Shown: positions 50,946-64,000, counted from the stretch's first letter. The stretch is DNA of 64,000 nt from Octopus sinensis (GCF_006345805.1 NC_043020.1:1364001-1428000); one strand, 5' to 3'. A program made the numbers and translations. The notes: generated by a model from the letters alone, not told the origin.

Positions 50946-51228
50946 GGGTACTACTAGCGAACAGTGGTCCCGGTGCGCGCATCCGCATTTGCTAGCCGTG
51001 ACTAGTCGATCCTACAACGACTACCTAGCAAAGTAAATCATTTTTGTTAAACAGCGGTGGTGCCCCAGCATGGCCGCGGCCTTCGGGCTAAAACATTTTA
51101 AGGGATTTTAAGGAAAGTAAATAAAAACACAAAAACACAAAGTAAGGATCGACTAGTCACGACTAGCTAGCGCGGATGCGCGAGTACGCGAGTGCGCGCA
51201 CCGGTACCGCTGTTCGCTAGTAGTACCC
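50946..51228. mobile_element. CpG-rich fold-back MITE of the 6.7-kb family, carrying a small nested insert
   Basis: TIR GGGTACTACTAGCGAACAGTGGTCCCGGTGCGCGCA / ...CTGTTCGCTAGTAGTACCC, with GTGTAT on both flanks. An internal SINE-tail-like insert is bounded by a 9-bp direct repeat AAAGTAAAT (51030-38 and 51114-22). Confidence 0.8.
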
Positions 51229-51530
51229 GTGTATGTATGCACGCATGCACACACTATCCTCTGTGTATACGTATACATGCCTCTGTATTTAGTGAGTGTA
51301 GTACGCGAGTGCGCGCACCGGGACCACTGTTCGCTAGTAGTACCCGTGTATGTATGCACGCATGCACACACTATCCTCTGTGTATACGTATACATGCCTC
51401 TGTATTTAGTGAGTGTAGTACGCGAGTGCGCGCACCGGGACCACTGTTAGCTAGTAGTACCCGTGTATGTATGCACACACTATCCTCTGTGTATACGTAT
51501 ACACGCCTCTGTATTTAGTATGAGTGTATA
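51185..51530. repeat. Three tandem copies of a 117-bp unit
   Basis: TACGCGAGTGCGCGCACC starts at 51185, 51302 and 51419. Confidence 0.92.
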
Positions 51531-51670
51531 GGTCTTGATATACACATAAATGAACAGATTCACACATACAGGTATTATTTATATACACACACGTATTTAT
51601 ACAAGTTGATTAACTAAACATTAACTATATTGCAAGCCATAAACATCCTCAAATCTCAGTTTTCCTCTCA

Positions 51671-51701
<31 letters not shown>

Positions 51702-54087
51702 CATATATACACACACAACATGGACACATGAACAGTCAGGTTGTTAACTGACATTCCGACACTCTCTCTCTCTCTCACACATATGCAAACACAAGACTAT
51801 ATAAAATGTAAATGCTAACACATCACTTGTTAATAAAGGTCAAACTTCATATTTTTATGTAACCTCCTGTTTCTCATATTACAAACACACACATACAAAC
51901 ACACAGCTATGCAGATATTTTCACATATAACCACACATATATACACATGGCTTATAACAATTACAGGGTGATTCAAAAATTCTTTGCTTCATATATGTGT
52001 GTATGTGTGTAATCCGAATTTATCTAATCGTTCTATCGTTATCTGCCAGCCTCTTCAACCGCCACCATCGCAAACACCAACCCAAGTGTATTATAATTCC
52101 ATCCATTTCTTCAGAATAGGGAAGCTGCCACGTAGTCGTTACATATGCTAGAAATAGCAGTCATATCTATAAAATTAGCCTACCATCTTTTTTTTTTAAG
52201 AAAGGAAATATATGCAGTTATAAACATTTGAAAAGATGGGATGGCCATGGCTAGAATGCCTGCTTATAGTTCTATCTTTCATCAACAATGACCTGGGTCA
52301 AACAACAACAGTAACTGGGAGCATGTGTGTGGTTGCTTCACTTGCTAGATATAGCAACCAAATCGCCTTCAGATCATACACCGCCGTTTTAAAAACGGAG
52401 ACGCATTTGTTACAGAAAACCTAACATAAAATATAGACTGTTTGGTCATGATTGGAACGTCTCTGATCATAGACCTGCTTCATCAGAGTAACTCGGAGCC
52501 TCTGCGTGGTCGCTAGACCTGCTAGAAAAAGGCAATCAAATGTCCTTCAAATTATATAGCAACAGTCTTGGAAAAGGGGGTCATATTAATGTAACCCTTA
52601 GATATCTATCCGAAAGTTGGGATGGCCACGACTGGATTATCTCTTGAGCAGAGCTGATCTGGGGTGAAATGACAACATCGATGCAATCATTATCATACCG
52701 CAATGTCACAATGATCCCATAAGGACACTTTGGTGCTCCAACACGACCCCCCGACTTTATTTCCTCATAACTTTCTGAAAAATGAATATTTTTTTTTAAT
52801 GAAATTTAGCAGAATTATGGTTTCCGAGATTGCAGATTATAATTATATTGTTAAAATGTTTTTAGAAAACAATATTTTTGACGGAATTTCGGATCGTCCT
52901 GAAACCCACATTCGTCCCTCCGCCTTTTGTTATCAATTTCCATAACTCCGGCATTATTATTATTTTTTTTTTTTTGCAAATTTTCATAATTTCCACACTC
53001 CAGTATGTATTTGTTGTCAAAATATCATTTAAACAATACGAATTTTGAAGAGATTTATGAAAAAGGAAACAAAATTCGGCAGGTGTTTATAAAAATAATC
53101 TGAAACTCATTCACAAAATATTAGAAAAAAAATTCAAATTCTTTCCAAATTTTGTCAACAGAATCATAATTTACATCCTTGAAAACGTATCTTTGAAAAA
53201 TTCCATTATAAAATACGTATTTTTCTGAAAATATATACTTTTACGAGGAAACAATGTCAGTGATCGGGGTGGGGCATCAAACTATAGTTTTGCCCTATAT
53301 CTATTATCAACATCACCGTGTGAATCGCTACAAGGTCACACGAACTGCGAGAAATAGCATTGAGATGTCCCCTAAAGCACCTGCACCCACGTACTAATTA
53401 CACCATCATCATCATTAATTGCTATCAGCATCACATTTACTATCAGCCCCAGGTCTGCCCAATCGGGGGGTGGTCTGGTTCTAAACATCATACCAGCTAA
53501 AAACTGTATCCATCATCATCACTATAACCAACATCATCTTAAGCACCGCCGCCACCACCACCACCAAAACAATAACAGTCGCAGCAACAGAGAACCTTCT
53601 ACGTGGTAGCTCGAACTGCTAGAAATAGCAGCCAAATTTATCGCAAACCACTTCCCAACATTTTTAGGACACAATTTGAATTAATAGTCTTAGATGCGTA
53701 ATCTGAAAATAAAACGAGATGGTCATGGTTGGAACGCTTCAAGTCAAGACAATAAAACAAGGGACTCGATCAATCTATCGATCAGTTTCTTAAGATATCC
53801 ATCTTATTGTTTATGAAAGTCAACCTAAATGACATTCGGCTGCATGTGGTATATAATCGTTGCTAGAAATAGCAGCCGGACGTATTCGAAAGCCGCCGAT
53901 ACTAAACTGTTGTAGTGAACAGAATTATATTTACTTATTGATAATTAATAATCCCTGATTAGATAAGAAGAACGAGAAAAATAAAAATAAATAAAAGACT
54001 AACTTAATTGATAAGATATAAGGATGAGATCAAATGCAAATAATGATCTATAGATATATAGATATATATATCAAAGGGTTTGAAACT

Positions 54088-54716
54088 GAGGCATAACTAC
54101 AGAAGTGTGTCCACCACCAAACACTGTCACATTTTAAAAAATATATATATTATTCGTTCGACAAATTACAAAAGACAAAGAGTGAAAAAGTTCTTAATTC
54201 TTTTGGCATTCTTTCGATATAACTCGACAAAATCAAAACATTCCACTTCGGGTATTTCTGTGGAAGCAAATGACAGTTCCAGATTCTGTTTTCTGCTTGG
54301 AAATTTTCGGATTTTACATAGACACACGAAACAAATATACAAGGGATTTTTTCTTCAAGTTTAAAATGAGACATTCGTTATATCTATACTCCAAAACCCA
54401 CGGAAATACTCGAAGTGAAATGGTTTGATTTTTGTCGAGTTATATCGAAAGAATGCCATTCTTTTTTTTTTTTCAATATAATTGTAATTTGCATCATGAA
54501 AATAAATGAGGAAGCAAAGCCAAGGTGTGTGAATTATTTGAAACTCCTCATCCACCCCCGCCCTCTGTTGAAAACAAAATTCCCATCAAATTCTGATATA
54601 ATTGTAATCTGAAAGGTATTTGTAGAAAATTTCTCGGAAAAGAAATATTCATTTCTCAGAAAGTTAGGAGGAAACAAAGTCGATGGGGTGGGGCACAATT
54701 GTGTAGTTATGCCCTC
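54088..54716. mobile_element. Older TIR element hosting a nested MITE
   Basis: GAGGCATAACTACAGAAGTGTGTCCACC versus GGGGTGGGGCACAATTGTGTAGTTATGCCCTC, an imperfect inverted repeat. A similar end occurs near 53270-53296. Confidence 0.5.
54205..54457 (+). mobile_element. MITE with ~50-bp TIRs and a perfect 8-bp TSD (Merlin-like)
   Basis: GGCATTCTTTCGATATAACTCGACAAAA / TTTTGTCGAGTTATATCGAAAGAATGCC; ATTCTTTT at 54197-204 and 54458-65. Confidence 0.88.
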
Positions 54717-57700
54717 AAATCATCCGCAAATCAGTAGATATTCCCACGGTGTAATTTCGCAATTATTAAGAAAGAACACCAGGTCTTCGATTCGGTGCTC
54801 CAGTGAGAATCGTCTTGCACTGAGTGTGGCATCATATCTCAGTTTTCATGAACGAAGAACAATGAGAAATAAATGACATGTCATTTCCAAACGGAAATCA
54901 TAATTTTTTAAGAATAAGTCAGCCTCATTCTTGGGACAAAACGTTTTATAATCCACACATGTCGACTGATTTCATTTTCGATTATAAACATGTAAAAATT
55001 CATGCAACACAAAAGCATTCATTCATTTATTTTATAAACCCATTTCCATTAGTGTTAATTAACAGTGTATACATCTCAACAGGTGAGGATTAATTCGCAA
55101 CTGCGTAGACAATTAGATGAAAAGAATGAAAGCTAATCTAATTATCTCTCAGCATTGTTTAGGACTGACACTTGCAGCATTGCTAGAAATACAGACACAT
55201 GTACTACTTTGAAGAAGATTCTTATGAAGTACAACAACCACTATTATTGAAAGAGGTTAGCAGTGATGTGTTGGCAAGACACGATTCAAGTGAAGAGGCA
55301 AGAACTAGTTGGCCCTCAAACAATGTTTTTCTTCTTCTCTATATATAACACGAGCGCTAAATGAGGGGCTTATCCTTTTTCTATCCCAAATTGGCTCTTA
55401 TGTCATATCTTCGAAACATATATATATATATACACATGTGCACACATACATACACGTGTTCTAGTTGTGGCTGCACAACTAAACGATAGCAAGTAACTAA
55501 AACGAATGTAGACTCGTGGAATTAGGCTCTCACAGAAGCCCTGGAATCAACTAGGGAGTCAAACTGAGTGGTACACGGAACGGAGTAAGGTGCACACCAA
55601 ACAGCCAGTATATTCCTATACAACATCAAAGATACAAGCCATTGGAAATATATCATTCGCATTTTATGAAGAATTATTTTTCACACGAGATTCTGAACAA
55701 TTAAGGTCTCCTCTTTCGAGACGAATCAAAGAATTTAGCTTATTCATTTATTTCTAAACAGTTGGATGTATCATTCATGATTATTATTGTTATAAGTTTA
55801 GAATCATTGATGGCCAAATTCATTTTGTACCATAAAACCCACACGGCAATCGATTCTCCATTCGTTAACAGGTACTAGTAGGTAACAACGTCCGTCAAAT
55901 TATTCCCTTCGTAAATACAAACGAAGATCGAAGTTTGATCTTGGGGATATTCATGATGTTTAAGGCACCCTTTCCGCACACCATGTCGTCCCAAGACATT
56001 GGCCGCTCGTTCAGAGGTGAAGTAAGAGAGAGAAGCAGTCACCCTCGGGTGCAACGTTACCTCTGAGCTACCAAGTTTTAATTCACGTACGGGGCGCCAA
56101 AATTGTCATTGCAATCGGGCACTGACAACCCTTGTTGCGTAATTGCCATTTACCCAGCATATCAGTACAGACTAGACAGGGCAAAACCTCTTCTCGATGA
56201 CGAGTAACATAACCCTAAGTTGAAGAAACCGGGTGGCAGATTTTCCGCTCTTTATAGATTTAAAAATCACAACAGCCACAACGATCTCTATTGCCAGGAA
56301 TAAAGAAACCCTTGCCCATTCGACAAGAATTTTTTCCCATCTTTCTGTACCCTTTCCCTTCCCAACGGGGTATGAGACTTCGAGGGGTAGCTATTCTAAA
56401 ACTTCGCCCAGATCTCAAACCGTTGACGCGGTCAGTAGTAGGCGGTTTCGAATTGCTTAGGGGGAAAAAAAATGCAAACAGTGAGTTCATTTAGATATTT
56501 ATGAATTTGTAAAATTAAAGATTCATTATTTCTCTCAGCACAGATGCATCCCTCACTAAATTTAATAAATAATTCGATCCTAGTATTAAAAAAAAAAAGT
56601 TTCCCCGGCAGTGCTTTATGTGGCTGCTCATAATGCTAGAAATAGCAGCTAAATATCTCTCAAATTACACCCTACCGTCTTAAAAAAAAAAGAAGCAGGG
56701 GACAATGTAATCAAAACTGGAAAAATGTAATCAAAAATGGAAATCAAAAGAAGGAAAACAAGAACAGTGACACCTAAGGTACCTTTAATTATAGGGCCTG
56801 CTCGATCAGAGCCGGCCTGGTGGGACACAACATCCGAAACTACCATTAGTATTAATATATATTTTTTTTATTCCCAAAAGCTCTCAGGTTTATTTAAACG
56901 AAATAGGAAACGAGAGGTGTTGGACCTGTTCATGCTTTGGAAATTATCATCCCGTCTTAAAGGGGATGTGGGTTCGAGTCCCACGGGGTAGCCTTCGACT
57001 TTTTTTTTTAATCCAAAAATAGGTTTTTTTCACTCCAACAATTACATGCTATTATTTATAGCCTTATGTGCTTCGAGAAGGATTATTCCATAACTTTTTT
57101 TTCGTTAGCATAAGGCCGGCATTTCTACGCGAGGACCAAGGATGTGGAACAGAAGGGGGAGACATAGAGAGAGGAGGGGAAAGTAGAGAGAGAAGGAGAG
57201 AGACGGAGAGAGATAGAGATAATGAGAGAGGGGGAGGGCACACACGAATCAATTAAGAGCATTTGTATTCATTGAGTAATTAAGTAAATATTAATTAAGG
57301 CTAGACTTTTGAATAGGCGTTGAATTACTTACTTTGAATTCCGACTTTGGCATTCGTGTCAAGAAAACGAATAACAAGAAAATATCTAGAAAGGAAAGCG
57401 AAGGATCGGTGCCACTAACCAGCGACACAAGCAGAGTCTGGTAAAGGAAGAACTGCACATGTAATGGAAGACGAGAGAGAGAGAGAGAGAGAGAGACAGA
57501 TAGAGAGAGATATAGGTAGATAGATAGATACAGAGAGAGAGAAAGTAAGGCAGACAAAGAAAGAAAGAGAGTAATATACAAATAGAGAGAAATGAATATA
57601 GAGAGGATAAGAGTACAATGAAAAGAGAAAGAGAATGATTCATAAGTCGAAGGAGAGGGGGGAAAGTAGGAGAAGGAAGAGGTAAGAAGTGAGAGGGACA

Positions 57701-58284
57701 TTAAAGCCAGATAAACTAACCAATTAGAAGCGCTTATTTAATCATGTGACGAGCAAAGCTGCGACTCGTTTAAAAAAAATCTACAATGATGGCAAAAGAG
57801 AAAATACACCGCTAAATGCATTATGACAAGACAATGGGGGATGTATGGTGGGTGAATAGGAAATGTCGGTAAGAAATTATATCGAGAAGATCTTGCCAAA
57901 CATTTTGTTTTCTGTATTTTAATAGTTTAATCATAATTTGAATGTTTTGTTAGCAATCATATCCTTTGTCAGTCACAATTATAGAGCACTTTTCGCCACG
58001 AGCAACAACCTGCCACCCCTTCCCGCCATGTGGGCGAATAGCATAATCCCATGCTGTAGTGTGGCCCGGAGCCTGTTTAAAGAGAAACCTTCTCTCTGTC
58101 CGCCTCTGGTTCTCTCTCTCTCTCTCTCCATTCATCTACCTTTCCCTCCCTATATCTGGTTCTCTCTCTCTCTATTTATTCACCTTTCACTCCCTCTATC
58201 TGGTTGTCTCTCTCTCTATTTATTTCTCCTCTTTCTTTCCAAACCAATTCGCCACTTCTTTCAGTCGGTTCTTGCTAACGCACC

Positions 58285-58396
58285 ATGGCCAAGGTTGTCG
58301 CATCGGTAGCTTCGAAATTACTTGTTCGCAACACATCATCTTCTCTACACAATCTAGTTGCACCGGCAACATTAAATGTGCAGCAAAAGCGCAACT
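58285..58396 (+). CDS. Candidate first coding exon of a nuclear-encoded mitochondrial protein (presequence); best guess succinyl-CoA ligase beta subunit (SUCLA2-like)
   Basis: Kozak-like CACCATGG. The peptide MAKVVASVASKLLVRNTSSSLHNLVAPATLNVQQKRN has no acidic residues and is rich in S, A, K and R. It ends in a consensus donor T|GTGAGT (phase 1) and has a polypyrimidine tract plus acceptor CTTCTTTCAG| at 58264. 'QQKRN+L' recalls SUCLA2 'QQQRNLSLHE'. No downstream exon was recognised in the window, so the identity is unconfirmed. Confidence 0.55.
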
Positions 58397-60578
58397 GTGA
58401 GTATATATTTCTTTTAATAGGAAAGAAAAAACGAAAAAAAAAAACTAATAGAAACCATGAGAATCTCTTACATATCAAAGCCATAGTGTAAGGGAGGAGG
58501 GGACAGCGAATGTCCGTAGAGTGACATTTATTCCTTTCTGTTAGAATTAATCCACGTGCCTGAATTAAATCTGTTACCAACTGGGAATTGAAACCGGATC
58601 GCAGACCTGATTAGAAAAGATAAACCTTATAATTCCTCCGGCACTACTCGCTATAACCGTGTCCAAGAATCATTACAGAAACCATCCGAATAATTTTTCC
58701 GCTTATTTTGCTAAATAATATCTCTTTTAGAAATCCTGGATATCATAATCTCATTTAATTCCTGTTCTGGCAATTTAAATCTTTTATACGTATACCATTG
58801 TTCATTAATTAAAATTTACTGTATATATTTTACATATAATTATAAATTAATACCCATTATCGCAATTGCCAAGAAGAAATACCGCTTCTTTTACCATCTA
58901 GCATTCTCGTAGCCTTTTATTCTGCAATAATAGTTAAATCTTAGTATATATATATATGTGTGTATATTTATACTCCTTTTGTATTGTGGAACCTCTACAG
59001 TTTTATGCCCCTTCCGCCCGGCTTTTTCTCATAACTTTTTGGAAAATAGGTTGTTTTTTTGTTTTTTTTTAAACGAAATTTTACTGAGATATATTTTCAA
59101 GAGTATAAATGATTATAGTCACGAAATCTTTTTTTTTTAGTGGCTCTCTATCACGCTGATTTTTGTTAGCACTGATTTCCGTAACTTTATTTGTACGTGT
59201 GAAATTCCGTATGTTTGAAGCGTCAACCTTGCGTATTTGTTCAAAATATATGCATTTTAAAGAATTAGGAGGGTCAAAATGACAAAAGGTGTCTCCCCCC
59301 TCCCCTAAAAAAATAATCTTAATATATTTGTATTCTACACGATCGAAAACACATCTGAAAAAAAATTTGACATAAAAATGAAATATTTCTGTAAAATACA
59401 ACAAAACAAAAGTTAGGAGGCACTAAACTGTATATATGCCATATAGAGAATCTTTTACATTCATTTTTATTGTGCGATTGTAATTGTTTTATTAAAATAT
59501 TAATAAAGTATATGTCTATCAGTCCCTTTCCACTCTGAGTATTGATTTAGTAAGAGGAAATTAGGTGAATATATCTGAAATTACATAATTTCTGACGAAA
59601 CGAACGTGCTGGTGAAATTCGGAAAATTACCAGAAAACGGCGCCAGTTAAATTTTTTTTCCTTTTTTGTTTTTTTAAACTTTGATTCATTTTCTCTTTTC
59701 CTTCGTTTTTCTTTCTTTTTATATACTTTTCCCTTTCGTTCGCAACAACCTTAACGTTCGGTATATACTTTGTCCTTCGCAAACAAACCCTAATTAATGC
59801 TAGTGGAGATGGTATTAAAGGTGCTGGGTGCTGTGGAGTGATTTGTGGGGATTTAAGTTTTGTTAAAATTAGTCGGTCAAAATTATTTGGGCCGCGTGCT
59901 TCCTCATAGTCTGTTATATTTAAAATAAGGAAAAAAAAAAAAAAGGTTTCGACCTCCTGTTTCATGACATATTTTTTCTGTTCCTCAATATTGTAGACGG
60001 AGATAACAAACACCTTTATAGATAGACAGGTAGACAAATATATAAATAAACATTACAGATTTATTCGTAGTGATTGTACATAATAATGCTTCCAGGTTTT
60101 CTTAATACATGTACACACGAAACCGGTTTATATATTTCGTTGGACGTAGGAACAAAGAAAGAAACCAAATAGAATTCATATTGTTCCGAAAATCCGCCAA
60201 ATGTATTTAACATCAAACGAAGATGGGTAGTGATTTTTTTTTTTCTTGAATAAGTGGGTTTCTCACGCCCTCCCCATTAATTAAGGGTATCTCCTCGAGT
60301 TATTTTGAGCATCGTTAATTTAGACTCAGCAAATATATTATTTAAATCACAAGCTGATTAGAGCTAGTATTAACAAATTAGTAATTACAGCTGTTAGTAA
60401 TACTATTTAGTACGTTTTTGTCATATCTACCCGTGTATAAGTCGCACTGTTTTATAGAGAAAATTGATTTATGGATATAAATCGTTCGTTGATTATATAT
60501 ATGTATGTATATTTATATTGTTTGCAGTTGTAATTATATTTTCTTTTTAAATATACATTTATATTCAAAGTTCTTGTG

Positions 60579-60845
60579 GGCATTCCTTCGATATAGCTCG
60601 ACAAGGTCGAGACATTTCACTTCGGGGTATCTTCGTGGGTTGTGGGGTATAGATATAATGAAATTATGCCAGCAATATCTCGTTTTAAACTTGAAGGAAA
60701 AAAGCCTTGTCTATTTTATTCTTATCTGTTTCATTTGTAAATGTAAAATCCGCGAATTTCCTAACAGAATCGAACTGTCATTTGCTTACACGGAAATACT
60801 CAGTGAAGTGTTTTGATTTTTGTCGAGTTATATCGAAAGAATGCC
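60579..60845 (-). mobile_element. Second copy of the 54.2-kb MITE, with a perfect 9-bp TSD
   Basis: Same TIRs, interior inverted relative to the first copy; GTTCTTGTG at 60570-78 and 60846-54. Confidence 0.88.
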
Positions 60846-60993
60846 GTTCTTGTGTATAAATAAGTATTTATATAATTCTTATAAGAATTAAGTTCTTATT
60901 TATATAATATATATGGAATTATTGTACAGATATAATTCCATTTTTTTTTTTTTTTTGTATATAAATAGAATTTGCAGCTGGTGATAGAAATAA

Positions 60994-61024
<31 letters not shown>

Positions 61025-62971
61025 AGGTAAAAAAAAAGTCAGGACCCTTTAACCCCTAATCAATTTCTTATTGAAATAAATTCAAACCTTTTTGCTGATT
61101 GTGAATTATTGATGTACTAAAAGTCAGGGTTTAAAAAAAAAGAAATGAAAAAGAAAAGTGTAATCGTATAAGTGCCAAGAATTGTCTGTCCAGCCAGGAA
61201 CCCTTAATTCGTATTGATTCCATTTCCTTGCATCCAATTTCCGTTTTTTCAATGGTTTCTCTATTGTATTATTTCCTCCTCTCTTTCCTTCTTGCGGTGA
61301 ATTTCTTTACTCAGAAGTAATAAATATCCCATCACCTCACTCTCGTCTCTTACGCATCCGCACTCTTTCAATTCAATTTTTCTAGACAGGCAATCGAAGA
61401 ATCCTCGCATGTATCGACCTGATTTATCGGATGTTATAAACCGCTGGTCACAGTGCCCTTCTCTGCATAATTATAGTCAAAATTGGGAAAGCACCCCCCC
61501 CCCCATTTTCTCCCAATTTTTTTTTCATTTTTGCTTTAAAAAATCCCCGTTTTCGGATACGGAGGTTCCGGAAAATTGCTAAAAATCGGCATTGTGAATT
61601 CCCCACCCCCCCTCCAACTTCTTCAATTTTGACTTAAGACCGTACGATGTAATTTTGGGGTTTTGCCTATTCTTTCTAGTAGGTGAATGACCACGTAGAG
61701 GTCCTCTCGTTGGTTCTAGCTTAGTAGTTAGTTAGTAACACGTACACCTTGTATGTGAAACTGTGTAGACGGAAACTGTAGAAGTCTCGACGTATGGGTC
61801 GTATCTGTGATTTTAAAATGCATAACCTTGTTACATTACGTCACGCTGATTCCACCTGAAGGTGATTACGTCGAGGGTACACGTGTCCACGTTTTACTGT
61901 CACTTTCGGTTTCTCGGAGGGTTTTTAGTCAGAGGAACAATCAACTGAACTCTCGCGGTCAGTGACCGATATCCATATAATGTGGTTTTTTGTGGAAAGT
62001 TACATCAATGGAATCTAGCTACTCTGTGCTTCTGAAGGGCATAAAAATACAAATTGAGCAGTTTGTCAAACTCCTTTGCTTGTTGCCTGTTACTAAAGGT
62101 TCGGTTCAAGCCCGTCATAGATATACGTTCCTATATAAGTGGTTAAGCTCATCTCGCCTTCCTCATTAGGCGATAACAAGCTGGAGTTAGCCAAAGCAAC
62201 ATCAAAGTGGATGCTTAATTAATAAATATCGTCCAGAAAACTCATTCAGTTAAAAACAACGAAGTATTCGCCAGTGTATTTGATTACCTGTATTCTGCTT
62301 TCTCAAAGTATTAATTTCAAAATTCTGACACTAGGCCAACAATTTTAGTGGTGGTTGTGGGTGGTAAGTCGATTGCATCGACCCTGAAGGGCAAAGTCGA
62401 ACTGGGCGGAATTTGAATTCAGAACGTTAAAAGCCGAACGAAATACTGCTAAATATTTTATCCGATTCGCTGAAAATTCCGCCAGTTCGCCGCCGTAATC
62501 ATTCTATTTTAGGGACAAGACCAGCAGTTTCAATGGATGGGTGGGTTTGTCGTTTACCTTAACGGCGGCGGAGTTTCGGATCATCGACCTCGGTGCTCGA
62601 CTGATGCTTATTTAATCGACCGAGAAAGGATAAAAAGCCAAGTCGACCTCGGCGGAACGTAAAGAGCCGGAAGATATGCCATTAAGCAGAACAGCCAGCA
62701 GCATGAAATGTCAGTTATTGACTCTGAATTTTCGAGTGTGATCTTTTTTTCACGACTCGCATTGCTTTAATGTCTTTGAAAAAGGCGTGAAAACTCACGA
62801 ATTCATATCTTTTATCATTGACGAAGCCAAATGAGTTCGATTTTGTTTCGATTTTGCCAGCAGAAATTTGTAATTTCACATTTGAAACCTTTCACTGACA
62901 ATTTCTTTTTTGACAAATATTGTGAAAAACTTAAGACAGACAAAGAAAGATAGTAGTTAAATATAAATATA

Positions 62972-63158
62972 TTTCTTTATTACCCACAAGGGGCTAAACA
63001 TAGAGGGGACAGACAAGGGGATTAAATCGACTCCAGTGCGTTACCGGTACTTCATCGACCCCGAAAGGATGAAAGGCAAAGTCGACCTCGGCGGAATTTG
63101 AACTCAGAACGTAGCGGCAGACGAAATACCATTTAGCATTTCGCCCGACGTGCTAACG
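62972..63158 (-). mobile_element. SINE family B copy without the run-on tail
   Basis: Family B tail, centre and most of the head; the sense-strand tail ends AAAGAAATATAT. Confidence 0.8.
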
Positions 63159-64000
63159 TAATTAAATATAAATAATTAATACTTTTGAATTTGTAAACTT
63201 AATTGGTTCCTTATTTTTCTAAGCACGGATACTAATTATGCGCATGTAGCTTCCCTCTCCCCAACCGGTTGATGCGGTCGCTCGACCTGCTAGACATAGA
63301 TGCCAAATAAAACCTTTGTCACTTTTTTAAAATAAAGGACGTGTAAAGCAGATGGATTTGAACCAGAATACCTTTGATCATAGGTCTATTCAGTTTAAAC
63401 TTAACTTGACTCAACAATAACCCCTGGCAAGAATATTTTTAACCAGTAGTAGCAAATGCTTTGTAAAATACACATTAGGTTAGTGGACCAAAGCTCTTTC
63501 TATTTTCTCCTTTCTCGTGGTTGTGTCGCCTTCAAAATTAAGTAACGGAATATCTCTCTACCATTGCTGCACCGAAAATCGCTGGTTATTCTCAGCGGCA
63601 ATGCTATCGCGGTCATTATCGCGAGGTGCGACTGAACACACCTTTTTGTTCTATCTGGTACTGCTTTGCCCTACTATTTTTTACTGTTTCTTTGTATTTG
63701 AATATTATAATTTAAAATGGGATCTGTTGTGTAATTGATTGCAGAAATAAAGCGGTTTTTTTTTTTTAATTAAAAAAAAATTTATTGAGGTGGTGTTGAA
63801 TTAAAATCCATCGCTAGCAGCCTTTTAGATGTGTTTGTAGTGTGGTAGTGGTGGAGTCTGTGCTGACTGTAGAAGGGGACTGTCGAATTAAGATGGTTTT
63901 AAATAACAGGATGAGATTAGGGGAAAAGTAGAAAAAATAAATTTGAAGAGCCTTTCAATTAATTGTAAGGCTAGGGAGAAAGGGGACGCATATATGTAGG

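Overview
AT-rich, microsatellite-dense, intron-containing animal genomic DNA. The SINE families and repeat landscape point to a coleoid cephalopod, most likely Octopus; this is inferred from recalled repeat families, not from a database search. Host coding content is small. The 5' coding part of mitochondrial NAD(P) transhydrogenase (NNT) is on the minus strand: three coding exons at 3024-2412, 893-706 and 261-106, 319 codons, continuing beyond base 1. One candidate first coding exon of a second mitochondrial-matrix protein is on the plus strand (58285-58396; presequence ending QQKRN, best guess succinyl-CoA ligase beta). The ~55 kb between them is almost all mobile DNA: several SINE families, RTE-type LINE relics, Tc1/mariner relics, Helitron-like non-autonomous elements, several MITE families with diagnostic TSDs, long inverted repeats and simple repeats. 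Nearly all ORFs in the track are low-complexity or repeat artefacts. The most unusual signals are (i) a SINE whose tail repeatedly runs on, through an identical junction, into the middle of its own tRNA-like head, (ii) several near-perfect fold-back structures, and (iii) a mariner relic rebuilt from two inverted copies of its 3' end. Repeat boundaries are read by eye and are approximate unless a TSD is quoted.
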